DNA of 64,000 bases from the human T2T-CHM13v2.0 reference genome, Homo sapiens. A program made the position numbers and the translations under genes. Positions 25,340-37,810 of this stretch are shown in pieces (position 1 is the stretch's first letter; every line of letters starts with the position of its first letter). The notes under the pieces were generated by a model. It made no database searches. It saw only the letters and a list, made by a program, of their open reading frames with translations, and was not told the DNA's origin. The DNA is taken from the NCBI GenBank assembly GCA_009914755.4, contig CP086569.2, positions 22,912,001-22,976,000 of the forward strand, written 5' to 3'.

Positions 25340-28300
25340 CTGTCAGCCTGCCTAAGCAGAGGAAAATGATATAGACAGAGATGATCTGCTATCATGAAAA
25401 AGTCTGTCTGTGATAATCAACTGTCAGACCCTAAAATTATTGACCTTAGAGCCCCTTCGGGATGACTCTGTGGCTGAGACCCACTGAAGGAGGAGGCTTT
25501 TCCAAACTGAGATGGTCACTGAAAACTGCTCTTCTGGCTCCATTCGTGAAAGAGGCTGTGTGCAAGAATCAGGTCCCACGGAGATTGGAATATAGTCTGG
25601 TGAGTTGTTGAGGGGATTTTATGTGATGGAATCATACCTGAGATCCCAGAGGCAGCTTTCAGTGAATGGGGCTGGGCCCTTGACTTCCTTGCCTCCTATC
25701 ATCCTTGTCCTGGCAGGAGATCTATGAGAAAGGCAGGAACCATGACAAAGGCAAGTCCAAAGTCAAGCAGTATTCTTACACATCAAACTGGCCTCTCACT
25801 GCTGCAGATGATGTTGAAAAATGTTCACAGAGGGTGTCTGTGGAAATTGCTAGTCTGACAAAGGTGTCCAGTAATGCTGTTGAGGGGCAAAGTGGACCCA
25901 GCCTGGAAAGAAAGAAAAATCAAGGCTTGCCAGAGAGAAGGAGCTGACCTGAGCTGGAATATAAGAAACTTTCAAAGATTCCTCTCAGAGGAACCAAAAG
26001 CCTCCCAAGAACTGCAAACAACCTCAGCTCTCACAAACAGACCACAGACCTTTCTGAAATCAGTGGCAGGAAATCTGTATATAGAGGCAGCCCTATCCAG
26101 CAACAATCAATGCTATACACCCTCCACAATGAGAAAGGATTTGCAGATGAAATAAAACAGAGTGTAAATTACCAGAAAAAAGCCAGACATGGCTGTCTGC
26201 TTCTCATCATACTGGAATTATGCAGCCTTTTGACAGAAGTGGGGAACAAGTGTTTCCCAAGGGCCGGACACGGTGGTTTATTCCAGTAATCCTAGAACTT
26301 TGGGAGGCTAAGGTGGGAGGATCATGAGGTCAGGAGATTGAGACCATCCTGGCTAAAATGGTGAAACCCCATCTCTACTAAAAGAACAAAAAATTAGCCA
26401 GGCATTGTGGCAGGTACCTGTAGTCCCAGCTACTCAGGAGGCTGAGGCAGGAGAATGGCATGAACCCGGGAGGCAGAGCTTGCAGTGACTGGAGATCATG
26501 ACGCTGCACTCCAGCCCAGGCAACGGAGTGCAACTCTGTCTAAGAAAAAAAAAAAGGAATTTATCTGTTGGTGCCTGTAAAGGGAATTTATGGTTTTAAA
26601 AGTATCACAGCAGCTCTGTCATTAAAATGTGACAGTGTTTAGAAGGAAACACTGATGAAATACATTCCCATGAGGGTCATCCTCTGTGAACTGGGAAACA
26701 TTTAGTGTGAAAGACATTTAGCAAGACCCAGGAAATTCTAGGCCAATGAAGAATATGAAAGTGAGGAAAAGAAAAGGCAAGTGTGGAGGCCATATCCCAC
26801 ACAGCATCATTCCATTCCACTCCCCCTTGGCTCCATGTACTGAAGCCCTCCAATAGGGAACTTGCCAGCATTGCCAAAGTTCACACTAACACTGTTTCCT
26901 GAAACTTGGAGTACTCACACCAGAAAACTGGGCCATGGTGTGGAATCCTTTTGCAATTAAGGGAATGCTTAAATGCAGTTGGAAGCACCTTCTGTGTCAT
27001 CTGTTTTTACCATTTCTACAGGGGAAGGCATGGGACCCCATCTACCCTTCACCAGATTGTATCCTCACCCATATCTGACCTTATTGCTGCTCACACTCTG
27101 TGTCCCAGAATGAAATTCTAGGATGATGGAGGAGGGCCCCTTCACAACATGAAGCACCTGCTCATCTGGAAACCTAATTCGAGGTTAATTCAAGGGGCCC
27201 TGCAACATGACTGGTAGTGCCGTTTTTGGGTTGGCTGTAGGACAATAAACCATCCTCCAGCAATCATGCAGCTTTTCTGTAGAAGTGGGAGAACAAGAGT
27301 TTCCTTGTTTGTGGCTGTTGCAGGGATTTACAGTTTTAAAAGTATCGCTGCTGCCCAGTCATTAAAATACAACAGTGTTTAGGAGGAAATACTCACACAA
27401 GGGAATCCCATGAGGGTCATTTTCCATGAACTGGGAATGGTTGAGTTTGGAAGACATTGAGCCAGACCAAGGAAACTCTAGGCTGACGAGGAACATAGAA
27501 GTCAGGAAAAGAAGAGGCAAGTGTGGAAGCTACATCCCACCCAGTATCAATCCATCCCACTCGCATTTGGCTCCGTGTTTGAAAGCCCTCAAATTGAGAG
27601 TTTGCCAGGATGGCCCCAGTTTGCACTCCAAATATTCCCTGTGTGTTAGAGTACTCCCATCTGAAAATGGGGCCATGGTCTGGACTGCTTGTGATATTAA
27701 GGGAATAGAAGGCTGCAGTTGGAAATAACTTCTTTGTCATTTGTGTTCACCTTTTTTTCAGGTGAAGGCGTGGGACCCCATCAACCCCTCAACAGATTGT
27801 ATCCTCAACCCTATCTGACCTCATTGCTGCTCACACTCTCTGACCCAAAGTGAAACCCCAAGATGATGGATTAGTGCCTCCGTACAAGGTGAAGCACCCG
27901 CTCAGAACCGAATTCGAGGTAAATTCAAGGAGCCCTGTGGACAATACTAGTGTCTATCACTGGGTTGGCCGCAGGATTAAAAAACACTGGGAGATGTCTG
28001 TTGTTGAATGTGGTGTGCTCCTCTTCTTTCTAAAAGAGAGACTGTTTTTCCAGGGAAAGGTGATTTGGACCTCTGCCAGCCTCCCAAATCACAATGGATT
28101 CATTATCCACAGAAAAACAGAGAACATAGAGCCCTGCAACCAAAGCATAACGACACCGACAGGCCACCAAAATGTTGGGAGACTTGAAAAATGAAGCACC
28201 ACAGTGCGTTAGCCATATTTTTTTAAGCAGACTCCACTTACAGGTACACACACACACAAATACACAGACACAGGAAGCCACACACACACACGCACACACA

Positions 28301-28802
28301 CAGATATCCAGCATTCTCAGTGCTCCCACAGCAACACCCAGCCCAGCAGTTCCTGGGTTGTGTGGGTCTGCAGGGAGCCCCACCTGGGAGAGAGCAACTA
28401 TATGGAAAACAGGCTGTACCTAGGAATCACAGTAGGACAATTTTCCAAAAGACTCACCCCTACAATATCTAAGCAGACCTAAGGCATTCTGCAGATCTTT
28501 TTAGATCCTTATGGATTTCAGGGCTTATTCCTGGCTCTGCTTGATGTTATTTCAGCCTGGCTCACATCTGCCCTCTCCTGGGATCACGGGACTATCCCAT
28601 GAATCCTACAGAGATGATAGGTGAGAGTCCAATGCCAATGCCCCTCCATGAAATTCTCCTTTTCCGCCAAGCCATAGAGACTTGTTGCTAGTCAATGTCA
28701 GCATTGATTGTAATGCTAGCCATAGTTCACATCTCATGCCTGTTGCCCTGATACTAGCACATGTCCATTTGTGAGGCAGGTGGTTGTGCCCAGCTCTAGG
28801 AG
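25340..28802. repeat. Macrosatellite unit 5 (3463 bp): AluS insertion plus internal partial duplication
   Basis: Alu at 26262-26555. The segment 26215-27250 (containing the Alu) is followed by a second, Alu-free, about 12-15% diverged copy at 27252-27985, both running from ...atcatgcagc..tgggagaacaag... to ...gggttggc.g.aggacaataaa. Confidence 0.85.
26262..26555 (+). mobile_element. AluS-like SINE inserted into macrosatellite unit 5
   Basis: ggccggacacggtggtttattccagtaatcctagaactttgggaggctaaggtgggaggatcatgaggtcaggagattgagaccatcctggctaaaatggtgaaaccccatctctactaaaag...gcactccagcccaggcaacggagtgcaactctgtctaagaaaaaaaaaaagg. It interrupts the conserved ...gggagaacaag.gtttcc | ttgttggtg..ctgtaa... 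block of the unit. Confidence 0.92.
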
Positions 28803-29606
28803 ATGTCAGCCTGCCTAAACAGGAAAATGGTACAGACACAGCCGACCAGGTGTCAGAAATAATGTTGCCTGCGATAATTCACTGTAGAACTCTAAAATTT
28901 TGAGCTTAGGGCACCTTTGGGCCATCTCCGGGTAATTTCCTCTGGAGGAGGAGGCGTTTTGATACTGTGAGGTGGTTGCTGGAAAGTGCTCTTCTGACTC
29001 CACTCCTAAAAGAGGCTGTGTGCAGGAATCAGGTCCCATGGGTATTGGAAAATAGTCTGGCGATTGTTGAGACGTCTTTGCGTGATGGAATCATACCTGA
29101 GACCCCACAAGTGCATATCAGTGACAGATTACCAGGGCCTTGGCCCTGAAGATGAAAGTGTGGAGGCCACATGCCACCAGCATCAATCCCTCCCAATCCC
29201 AAACTGGCCCTGTCTTTGAAAGAGCAACCCCGGGGAATACAGGCAGCCTGTACCTGCAAATCACAGTTTTAAAAAGACTCACCCTGACAAAGTCCGGGAG
29301 GCCTTAGGCATCCTCCAGGTCCTTTTGGATCTGTAGGAGTTTTGCGGCTTATTCCTGGGGCTGTGCTTGACTTTTCTTCAGGCTGGCTCACCTCCTCCCT
29401 CTCCTAGCCTCATGGGACTATCACGGGAATCCCACAGAGAAATGAGGCGAGAGTCCACCACTGACTAACCTCCACAGAGTTCTTCTCCGCAAAGCCGCAG
29501 AGACTTATGCCTAGGCAATGGTGGCCTTCGTTGTGATGCTAACCCGAGCCCATAGCTCAGTCCTTGTGCCTAAGAGTATGCAGACTTGGGCGACGGGCTG
29601 TCAGAA
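28803..29606. repeat. Macrosatellite unit 6, severely deleted variant (804 bp)
   Basis: The head blocks run to about 29150. A short piece of the ...gtgtggaggccacat.ccacc.agcatcaatcc block follows. The sequence then jumps to the unit tail (...gagagcaaccccggggaatacaggcagcctgtacctgcaaatcacag... through ...gtgatgctaacccgagccc). Confidence 0.8.
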
Positions 29607-32003
29607 CTGTCAGCCAGCCTAAGCGAAAAAAAAGAAAAAAAAAATACATGAAGAGACGGCATGGTATTGAAAAAAATGCTGCCTGCAATAACCCAGAGTG
29701 GGACCATAAAAGTCTCGACCATAGTGTCCCTTTGGGTCATCCCTCTGCTCAGGTCCTGCTGGAGAAGGAGGTGATTTGAGACTATAAGGTGGTCTTTGGA
29801 AATGCTACTCTGACTCCATTCCCAAAAGAGGCTGTGTGCAACAGTCGGGTCAGATGGAGATTAGACTATAGTCTGGTGAGTTGTTGAGGGCTCTTTGGGT
29901 GGTGGAATCATACATGAGAGACCAGAGGTGGGTGTCAGCAAAAGATGGCTGGGCTCTTGACCTCACTGCCTCCCTTCATGCTGGGCCTTGCAGGGGATCT
30001 CTGGGAAAGGAAGGGACCATGAAAAAAGCAAGTCCAAGGCAGAGCAGTGTTCTCTCACCTCCAGCTGACCCCTAAAGGATTCAGATGAGGTTGAGACAGT
30101 GTTTCAGAGCCCGTCTGTGATGATTGCAAGCCTAAAAGGGGTTTCCAGTAGTGCTGTTGAGGGGCAATGTGGACCCATGATGAAAGTAAAGAAAAATCAA
30201 GGCCCTCTTGAGAGAACCACATGACTTGTGCTGGAGTCCAAGCAACATTCAAAGATTTCTGTCACAGGACGGTAAAGCCTCCTGCAAATTGCAAACAGCA
30301 TCAGCTGCAACAACGAGACCATGACCCACAAGCTGGAGCACAGCCAGCCTACCCAAATTCCCTTTTGCTTTCAGAAATCCCTGGCAGCCAAAAGATTTGT
30401 GCTGAGAGGCACTCCCATCCAGAAACAGGCCAATGAAAGATCCCCTCCACAATGAGAAAGGACATATAGATGAAATGAAACAGAGTCTAGTTTACCAGGC
30501 AAAAGACAGAAATGGCTGCCTGCTTCTCATCCTAGAGGAACTGTGCAGCCCTCTGATAGAAGTGGGAGAACAACAGTTTCCTTGCTGGCTTCTGCAATGG
30601 GAGTTTACAGTTCTAAAATTATTACAACTCTCCAGTCATTAAAACTTGATATTGTTTAGAAGGAAATATTCACTCAGTGGATTCCCGTGAGTGTCGTCCT
30701 CCATGAACTCGGAAGTGTTTAGTTTGGAAGACATTGACCCAGACCAAGGAAACCCTATGCTGACCAGGAACACGGAAGTCAAGAAAACAAGAGGCAAGTG
30801 TGGAGGCCACATCCCACCCAGCATCTATCCGTCGCCCTCCCATTACGCTTCAGATATAAAAGCCCTCAAATCAGGACTTTGTCAGAATGGCCCCAGTTTG
30901 CACTCCAAATATTCCCTGAATATTGGAGTACTCCCACCTGAACAACAGGGATGGTGTGGACTGCTTGTGCAATTAAGGGAATTCGGGGATGTAGTTGGAA
31001 ACACCTTCTGTGTCATCTGTCTTCAACTTTTTTGTAGGCTAAGGTGTGGGACCCCATCCACCCCTCAGCAGATTGTATCCTCACCTGTATCTGTCCTTAT
31101 TGCTGTTCACACTCTCTGTTCCAGAAAAAAAATCCTGAAATGATGGAGGAGTTGCCCTTCATGACATGTAGAACCTGCTCTCCTGGGAAACAAATTCGAG
31201 GTAAATCCAAAGGGCCTTGTGAACAGCACTGCAACTGTCTCTTCCTGAGATGGCCGCATAACAATGAAAAACTTTGTGATGTCTGTTCTTAGGTGTGGTT
31301 TCCTCCTATTCTGTCTTGAAAAGTGACATTTTTTCAGCGGGAGGGGACTTGGACCCTGGTGTGTCACAGCCAGCATCTCAATTAACTGCAGATTAATGAC
31401 CCACAGAAAAATAAAGAACATGCATCCCAAGTAAAGCAGCAGAGACAGACCACCGAAAGTTCTGGAGACTCAAAAAAAAAAATGCTACAGTGTGATAGCC
31501 ACATTCCTTTAAGAAGACTCCACTTACAGACACACACACACACACACACAAACACACAATGCTACACACATGCAGACTTCCAACATTTGCAACACTGCCA
31601 CAGAAACATACATCCTGGCAACTCCTGAAGCTGCATGGTTCTGTAGGAAGCCCCACATGGTATAGAGCAACCATGGACAACACAGCTGGGCTCTAACTAG
31701 AAATCATAGTGGGGCAAGTTTCAAAAAGACACCCCTACAATTCTTAGGTAGGCCTGAGGAATCCACTTCTGCCCTATCCTAGGATCATGGGACTATGTCG
31801 TAGATCCCACAGAGAAAAATAGCAGGAGTCCACTTTGCATGCATCCCCATGAATGTCTCCTTTTTCTGCCAAGTCACAGGGCCTTGTCGCTAGGCAATGA
31901 TAACATTCATTGTGATGCTCAAAAAAGCTCACAATCAGGCCTGGTGCCCTGAAACTAGTGCATGCACATTCTGGAGGTAAGCTCAGGCACCTGGCTGTCA
32001 GAT
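29607..32003. repeat. Macrosatellite unit 7 (2397 bp)
   Basis: Anchor spacing; ordered blocks present; (CA)n at about 31530-31552. Confidence 0.85.
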
Positions 32004-35000
32004 CAGTCAGCCTGCCTAACCAAGGAAAATGGTACAGGCAGAATCTGCCTGGTATCAGGAAAAAAGCAGCCTGTGAAAAACCATTGCTGGACCCAAAAAG
32101 CCTCCATCTCAGGGCCCCTTTGTCTGTCTCTGTGGTTGGGTCTCACTGGAGGAGAAGGCGTTTTGAGACTGTGAGGTGGTTTCTGGAAACTACTCTTCTT
32201 ACTCCATTCCCAAAAGAGGATGTGTGCCAGAATTGGGTCCCATGGAAATCGTTTTATAGTCTGGTGTGCTGTTGAGGGGTTTTTGGGTGATAGAATCTGA
32301 CTTCGTTGAGGGATTTTTGGGTAAAAGAATCATACTTGAGACCCCAGAGGCAGTTGTCAGCAAAAGATGGCCGGGCACTTGACCTGTTCTTACACATCAG
32401 ACAGGCCTCTCACTGCTGCAGATGACGTTGAGACAGTGTCTCAAATGCCATCTGTAGCGATGACAAGTCCGAATAGTATGTGCAGTAGTGCTGTTGAGGG
32501 GCACTGTGGATTCCCCATGAAAGCAAAGAAAAATCTAGGCTCAAATGAGAGAACAAGCTGCCTTGTGCTGGAGTACAAGCAATGTTCAGTGATTCCTGTC
32601 TGAGGACCCAAAATCCTCCTGCAAATTGCAAACAACCTCAGCCTTGCCAACGAGACAACAACCACAATGCGGAACCCATCCAGCCTACATGAATTCCCTT
32701 TCACTCTCTAAAATCCCTGGCAGCTAATTCAACTGTAGTGAGAGGGATTCCCATCCAGGAAGAGCCCACTGAAAGAGCGCCTCCACAATGAGAAGGCCAT
32801 GCAGATGAAATAAAACAAGCTAGATTATCAGGCAAAATCTAGACATGTTTGCCTGCTTCTCATCCTTCAGAAATCATGCAGCTTTCTGATACAAGTGGGA
32901 GAACAGGAGTTTCTGTTTTGGTGGCTATAACACAAATTTACAGTTTTAAAAATATTAAAGCTGTGCAATCATTAAAATGTGACAGTGTTTAGAAAGAACC
33001 ACTCACGCAATGGATTCTAATGAGGGTCGTTCTTCATGAGCTGGGAAATGTTTACTGTGGAATTTGTTAAGCCAGACCCAGGAAACCCTAGGCTGACAAG
33101 GGACATGGAAGTCAGGAAAAGAAGAGGCAAATGTGGAGACCACATCCCACCCAACATCAGAACATTCCACTCCCTTTTGGCTCCGTGTAGGAAAGGCCTC
33201 AAATCAAGAGCTTGCCAGCATGGTCCCAATTGGCACTCCCAATACTCCTTGCACATTGCAGAACTTCCACCTGAACATTGGGCCATGGTGTGGATTGCTT
33301 GTGCAATTAATGAAACGTGAGCATGGGGTTAGAAGCACCTCCTGTGTCATTTGTCTTCATTTTTATTGCAGGTGAAGTTGTGGGATCCCTTCCACTTCTC
33401 ATCAAATCATATCCTCACTCCAATCTCACCTTATTCCTTCTTATACTCAGTGTCCCAGGATGAAAACCCAAGATGATGGAGAAGTGCCCCTTCATAACAC
33501 AAAACACCTGCATAGCTGGAAACTGAATTCATGGTCAACTCAAGGGGACCTGCAGACAGGACTGCTAGTTCCTCTCCCTGGGTTGGATGCAGGACAATGA
33601 AACGGTAGCAGGTGTCCATTTTTTGGGTGTGGTGTGCTCTTCTTCTTTCTAGCAGAGTGGATTTTTATTTTTATTTTATGTTTATTAATTAATTTATTTA
33701 TTTATTTTTGCAGGGGGAGGGATTTGGACACCAGCAGGTCTCAGCCTGCCTCCCAATTCACTGTGGATTCATGATAACCAGAAAATTCAAAAACATGGAG
33801 CCCCACAGGCCAAGCAGAGCACACATAAAGGTCAAACAAAAGGTTTGGAGGCACAAAAAAAGAAGCGTTGTATTGCAGGATCTGGCCAGAAGCCCACAAT
33901 GCAATGGAGTTCTCTCTTTGTTCCTAGGTGGATTGGCAGGTTGAGAAATAATAGACACACACAAGATAGTGAAAGCTGGGTCCAGGGGGGTCACCGCTTT
34001 CTGGTCCTGTGGTGCCAACAATGCACTGGATATACCAGCATTTATTATTAAGTGTAGTGAGGGCAGGTGTAGGTTAGTGAGGGATTTAGGGTCATTTCAT
34101 TATAAGGTGAGATGGTCACATGGGGATGAAGTAATTCTTTAACATAGCATTTGTATGTACAAGTACAGTACATTTTTTATGTAGAAGTACAGTATACAGA
34201 GAGATAAGAATTTACAATATAGTGTGTGCATCAGTAATTTCTAACAGAGCCTTAGAACAGAAACACAGTCTTTCCATAACCTATGATTAGCAAGATATTA
34301 ATCAGCAGTAACAATTGCAACAAAGCTGGTTACAAACAATCCATGGAAACAAGATGTGAAGCTAGACAACCAGTTAGACCAGAAATTCTCAGAAAGGAGT
34401 ATGCCTTAACCCTAAAGAGGCCTAGAAGAGCCGTGGCAAGATGAGGGCATTTATAGCCTTATCTTATCCATATGGACAGGCGCCCCCCATGTGTCCATTT
34501 ATAGGCTCTCTATGAGGATTGCATTCCATTCCCAGAGCTACGGACATCTGCTTTTCTGGGACAGGAGTCTTGGTGATGTGAAACCTGACTGCATGTCCAT
34601 TCATAGGGTCTCTGCAGGGGGAAGCACATCACGTGCTGTTGGCTCATTCTGGCAGTCCAATCTGGCATTGTCTTTACACAATCCTGCATGCAACTTTGTA
34701 TTTACAATAATCAGGTCATTTCATCTTTTATTCTGTAGTAATAGTTTCATGGGGTCTCCCTACAGTGGTGAAGTGTGGTAGCCACATTTCTTTAAGAAGC
34801 CTGCACTTACAAGAGCACACACACACACAAAATCACGATGTGACACACACGTAGACTTCCAACACTCCCAACATTCCCACAGAAACACACAGTCTGGCAG
34901 CTCCTGAGGCTGTGTGGTTCTGCAGGAAGCCACATCTGGCATAGAGCAAGCCTGGGGAACACAGGCGGGCTGTAACTAGAAATCACAGTGGGGCAAGTTT

Positions 35001-35355
35001 CAAGAAGACTCACTCACACCTACAAGGTCTAGGCAGCCCTAAGGTATCCTGCAGATCCCTTTGGATTCCTAAACATTTTGTGGTTTATTCCTGGGGCTGT
35101 GCTTATGTTTCCTGACTCTGGCTCTCATCTGAAATCTCCTAGGATCATGGGACTATCCTGCGGATTCCACAGAGAAGACAGGCAACAGTCCACCATTGAC
35201 GAACCTCTACAAAGGTCTCCTTCTCTGCCAAGAGGAAGGTACTTGTCTCTAGGCAATGGTGACATTCTTTGTGATGCTAGCTAGAGCTCACAATCTGGCC
35301 TGGAGACTAGTGTATGTGCATTTGTGAAGTAGGCTCAGGCACCCAGCTCTCAGAA
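32004..35355. repeat. Macrosatellite unit 8 (3352 bp) carrying an about 0.9 kb foreign insertion (putative solo LTR) at 33875-34764
   Basis: Unit sequence is collinear with neighbours up to ...ggaggcacaaaaaaagaagcgttgta (33872) and resumes at ...gtggtgaagtgtggtagccacatttctttaagaagcctgcacttacaag (34765); the intervening sequence has no counterpart in other units. Confidence 0.85.
33875..34764 (-). mobile_element. Putative solo LTR (endogenous-retrovirus-like), minus orientation, family undetermined
   Basis: On the minus strand the insert begins tgtagggagacccc... and ends ...tcctgca (TG...CA termini). It contains ctataaatgccctcatc (TATA-like; plus strand 34441-34460) about 410 nt upstream of an aataataaatgc poly-A-signal-like motif (plus strand 34031-34047). 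Short near-matching flanks (gcgttg / gtggtg) could be a degraded target-site duplication. Confidence 0.45.
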
Positions 35356-37810
35356 CTGTCAGCCTTCCTAAGCAGAGAAAAATGGTAGAGGCAGAGCTGG
35401 CCTACCATCAGGAAAAATGTTGCTTGTCAAAAACCACTTCAGGACTCCAAAACTCTCAGCCTCAGGGCCCCTTCAGGCATCTTCTGTGGTCAGGTCCTGC
35501 TGGAGGAGGAGGTGTTTCAAAACTGTGAGGTTGTCACTGGAAACTGCTCTTCCAGCTTCATTCCCATAGAAGGCTGTGTGCCAGAATCGAATACCATGGG
35601 GAATGGAATCTAGTCCAGTGTGTTGTTGAGGGTTGTTTGGGTGATAGAATCATACTTAAACCCCAGAGGCAGCTATCAATGAAAGATGGCCGGATTCTTG
35701 ACCTCACTGTCTCCCTTCATCCTGGGTCTTTTAATAGTTCTTTGGGAAATGAAGGAACCATAACAAAGCCAAGTCCAATGTGGAGCAGTACTTTGGGCTG
35801 GCCTCTCATGGATGCAGATAAAATTGAGACCGTGTCTCAGAGGTTGCCTGTGGTGATGGCAAGCCTGACAAAACTGTCCAGTGGTGCTATTGAGGGAAAC
35901 TATGGATTCAAAATGAAAGCAAATGAAAATCAATACTGGCCTGAGAGAATGGGCTGCCTTGTGCTGGAGCCCAAGAAATGTTCAATATTTCCTGTCAGAG
36001 GACCCAAAACCCTGCTGCAAAGTGCAAACAACCTCAGTCACCACAATGAGATAACGACCCAAACCTGCAGCGCAGCCAGCCTGCCCAAAGACCTTTTTGC
36101 TTTATGAAATCCCTGGCAGCTAAATAATTTGTGATGAGAGGCAGCCCAATACAGCAGCAGCCCAATAAAAAAACACTTCCACAATGAGAAGGTGGTGCAG
36201 ATGAGACGAAACAAAGGCTAGATTACCAGACAAAAGCCAGACATGGCTGCCTGATTTTCATTCTTCAGAAATCATGCAGCCCTCCAATGGAAGAGGGAGA
36301 ACAAGAGTTTTCTTGTTGGTGGCTGTAATGAGAATTTATAGTTTTAAAAGTGTCTAAGATTCCCAGTCATTAAAATGTGACTGTGAGAAGGAAACACTCC
36401 TGCAATGGATTCCCATGAGGGTTGCTCTCTTTGAACTGGGTAATGTTTAGTGTGGAAATTCTTGAGCCAGTCATAGAAAATGCTAGGCCAATGATGAACA
36501 TGGAAGTCAGGAAAAGAAGAGGCAAATCTAGGGGCCACATCACACAGAGCACCAATGCATTCCGCTCCCATTTGGCTCTGGATATGAAAGCCCTCATATA
36601 AGGAGTTTGTCAGAATGGCCCTAATTTACATACCAAAAGTTCCTGGTAGGTTGGAGTACTTGCACCAGAAACCAGGTCATGGTGTGGACAGCTGGTGCAA
36701 TTAAGGGAATGCGGGGATGGTGTTGGAAGCACCTTCTGTGTCATCTGTCTTCCTTTTTATTTTTGCAGGTTAAGTTGTGGGACTCCATCCACCCCTCAGC
36801 AGGTTTTATACTCACCGCATCTGACCTTATTTCTGCTCACATTCTATGTCACAGGATAAAATCCCAAGACAATGGAAGTGGACCCCTTCATGACATGAAG
36901 CACGTGATCGAATTCAAGGTAAATTCAAGGTGCCCTGCAGACAGGACTGCTAGTGTCTCCCCCTTGGTTGGCCACAGGATGATAAAACACTGGGATATGT
37001 TCGTTTTTTGTGTGTGTGGTGTGCTCCTCATCTTTCTAGAGAGGGCCTTTTTTTTCAGGGGGAGGTAATTTGGATGCTGGGGGGTCTCAGGCCACCTCCC
37101 AATTCACTAAGGATTCATGATCAACAGAAAAATAAAGAACATGGAGCCCTGCAGCTCCAGCAGAGCCACATAGACAGGCCAAGAAAAGATAGGAATCTAA
37201 AAAACAAAAAAAAAAAAGAAGCACTGAAGTGTGTTAGCCCCATTCCTTTAAGGTGGCTCCACTTATGGGCACACACACACACAAACACACACAGACACAC
37301 ACACCCACACATCCAACATTTGCAACACTCCCACAGAAACACACAGCCTGGCAGCTCTAGAGGCTGCATGGTTCTTCATGAAGCCCTACCTGGGAGACTG
37401 CAATCCTGGGGAAAAAATGGGGGCTGTACTAGTTATCACAGTGGGGCAGTTTCTAGGAGACTCATTTCTACAACAATTTCATGGACCTGATAAATCCTGC
37501 AAATGCTTTTGGATCTTTGGGGATTTCACAGTTTATTCCTTGGGCTGTGCTTGAAGTTTTTCAGACTGGCTCATGCCTGTCCTCTCTTAGGATCTTGGGA
37601 CTATCCCATGGATCCCACAGTGAAGACAGGCAAGAGTACACCACTGATGCACCTTCACAGAGGCCTCTTTCTCAGCCAAGCAGCAGGGACTTGTCACTAG
37701 GCAACGATGACATTTAATGTGACACTAGCCAAAGCTCACAATCAGGCCTGGTGCCCTGAGACAAGTGTATGCATATTTGTGAGGTCAGTTTGGGAACTCT
37801 TCTGTCAGAG
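35356..37810. repeat. Macrosatellite unit 9 (2455 bp)
   Basis: Anchor spacing; ordered blocks present. Confidence 0.85.

Noticed and set aside
33660-33705. (TTTA)n-like AT-rich stretch in unit 8 (tttttatttttattttatgtttattaattaatttatttatttattttt)
   Set aside because: This is a locally expanded version of the poly-T present at the same site in other units. It is a minor simple repeat and not a separate element.
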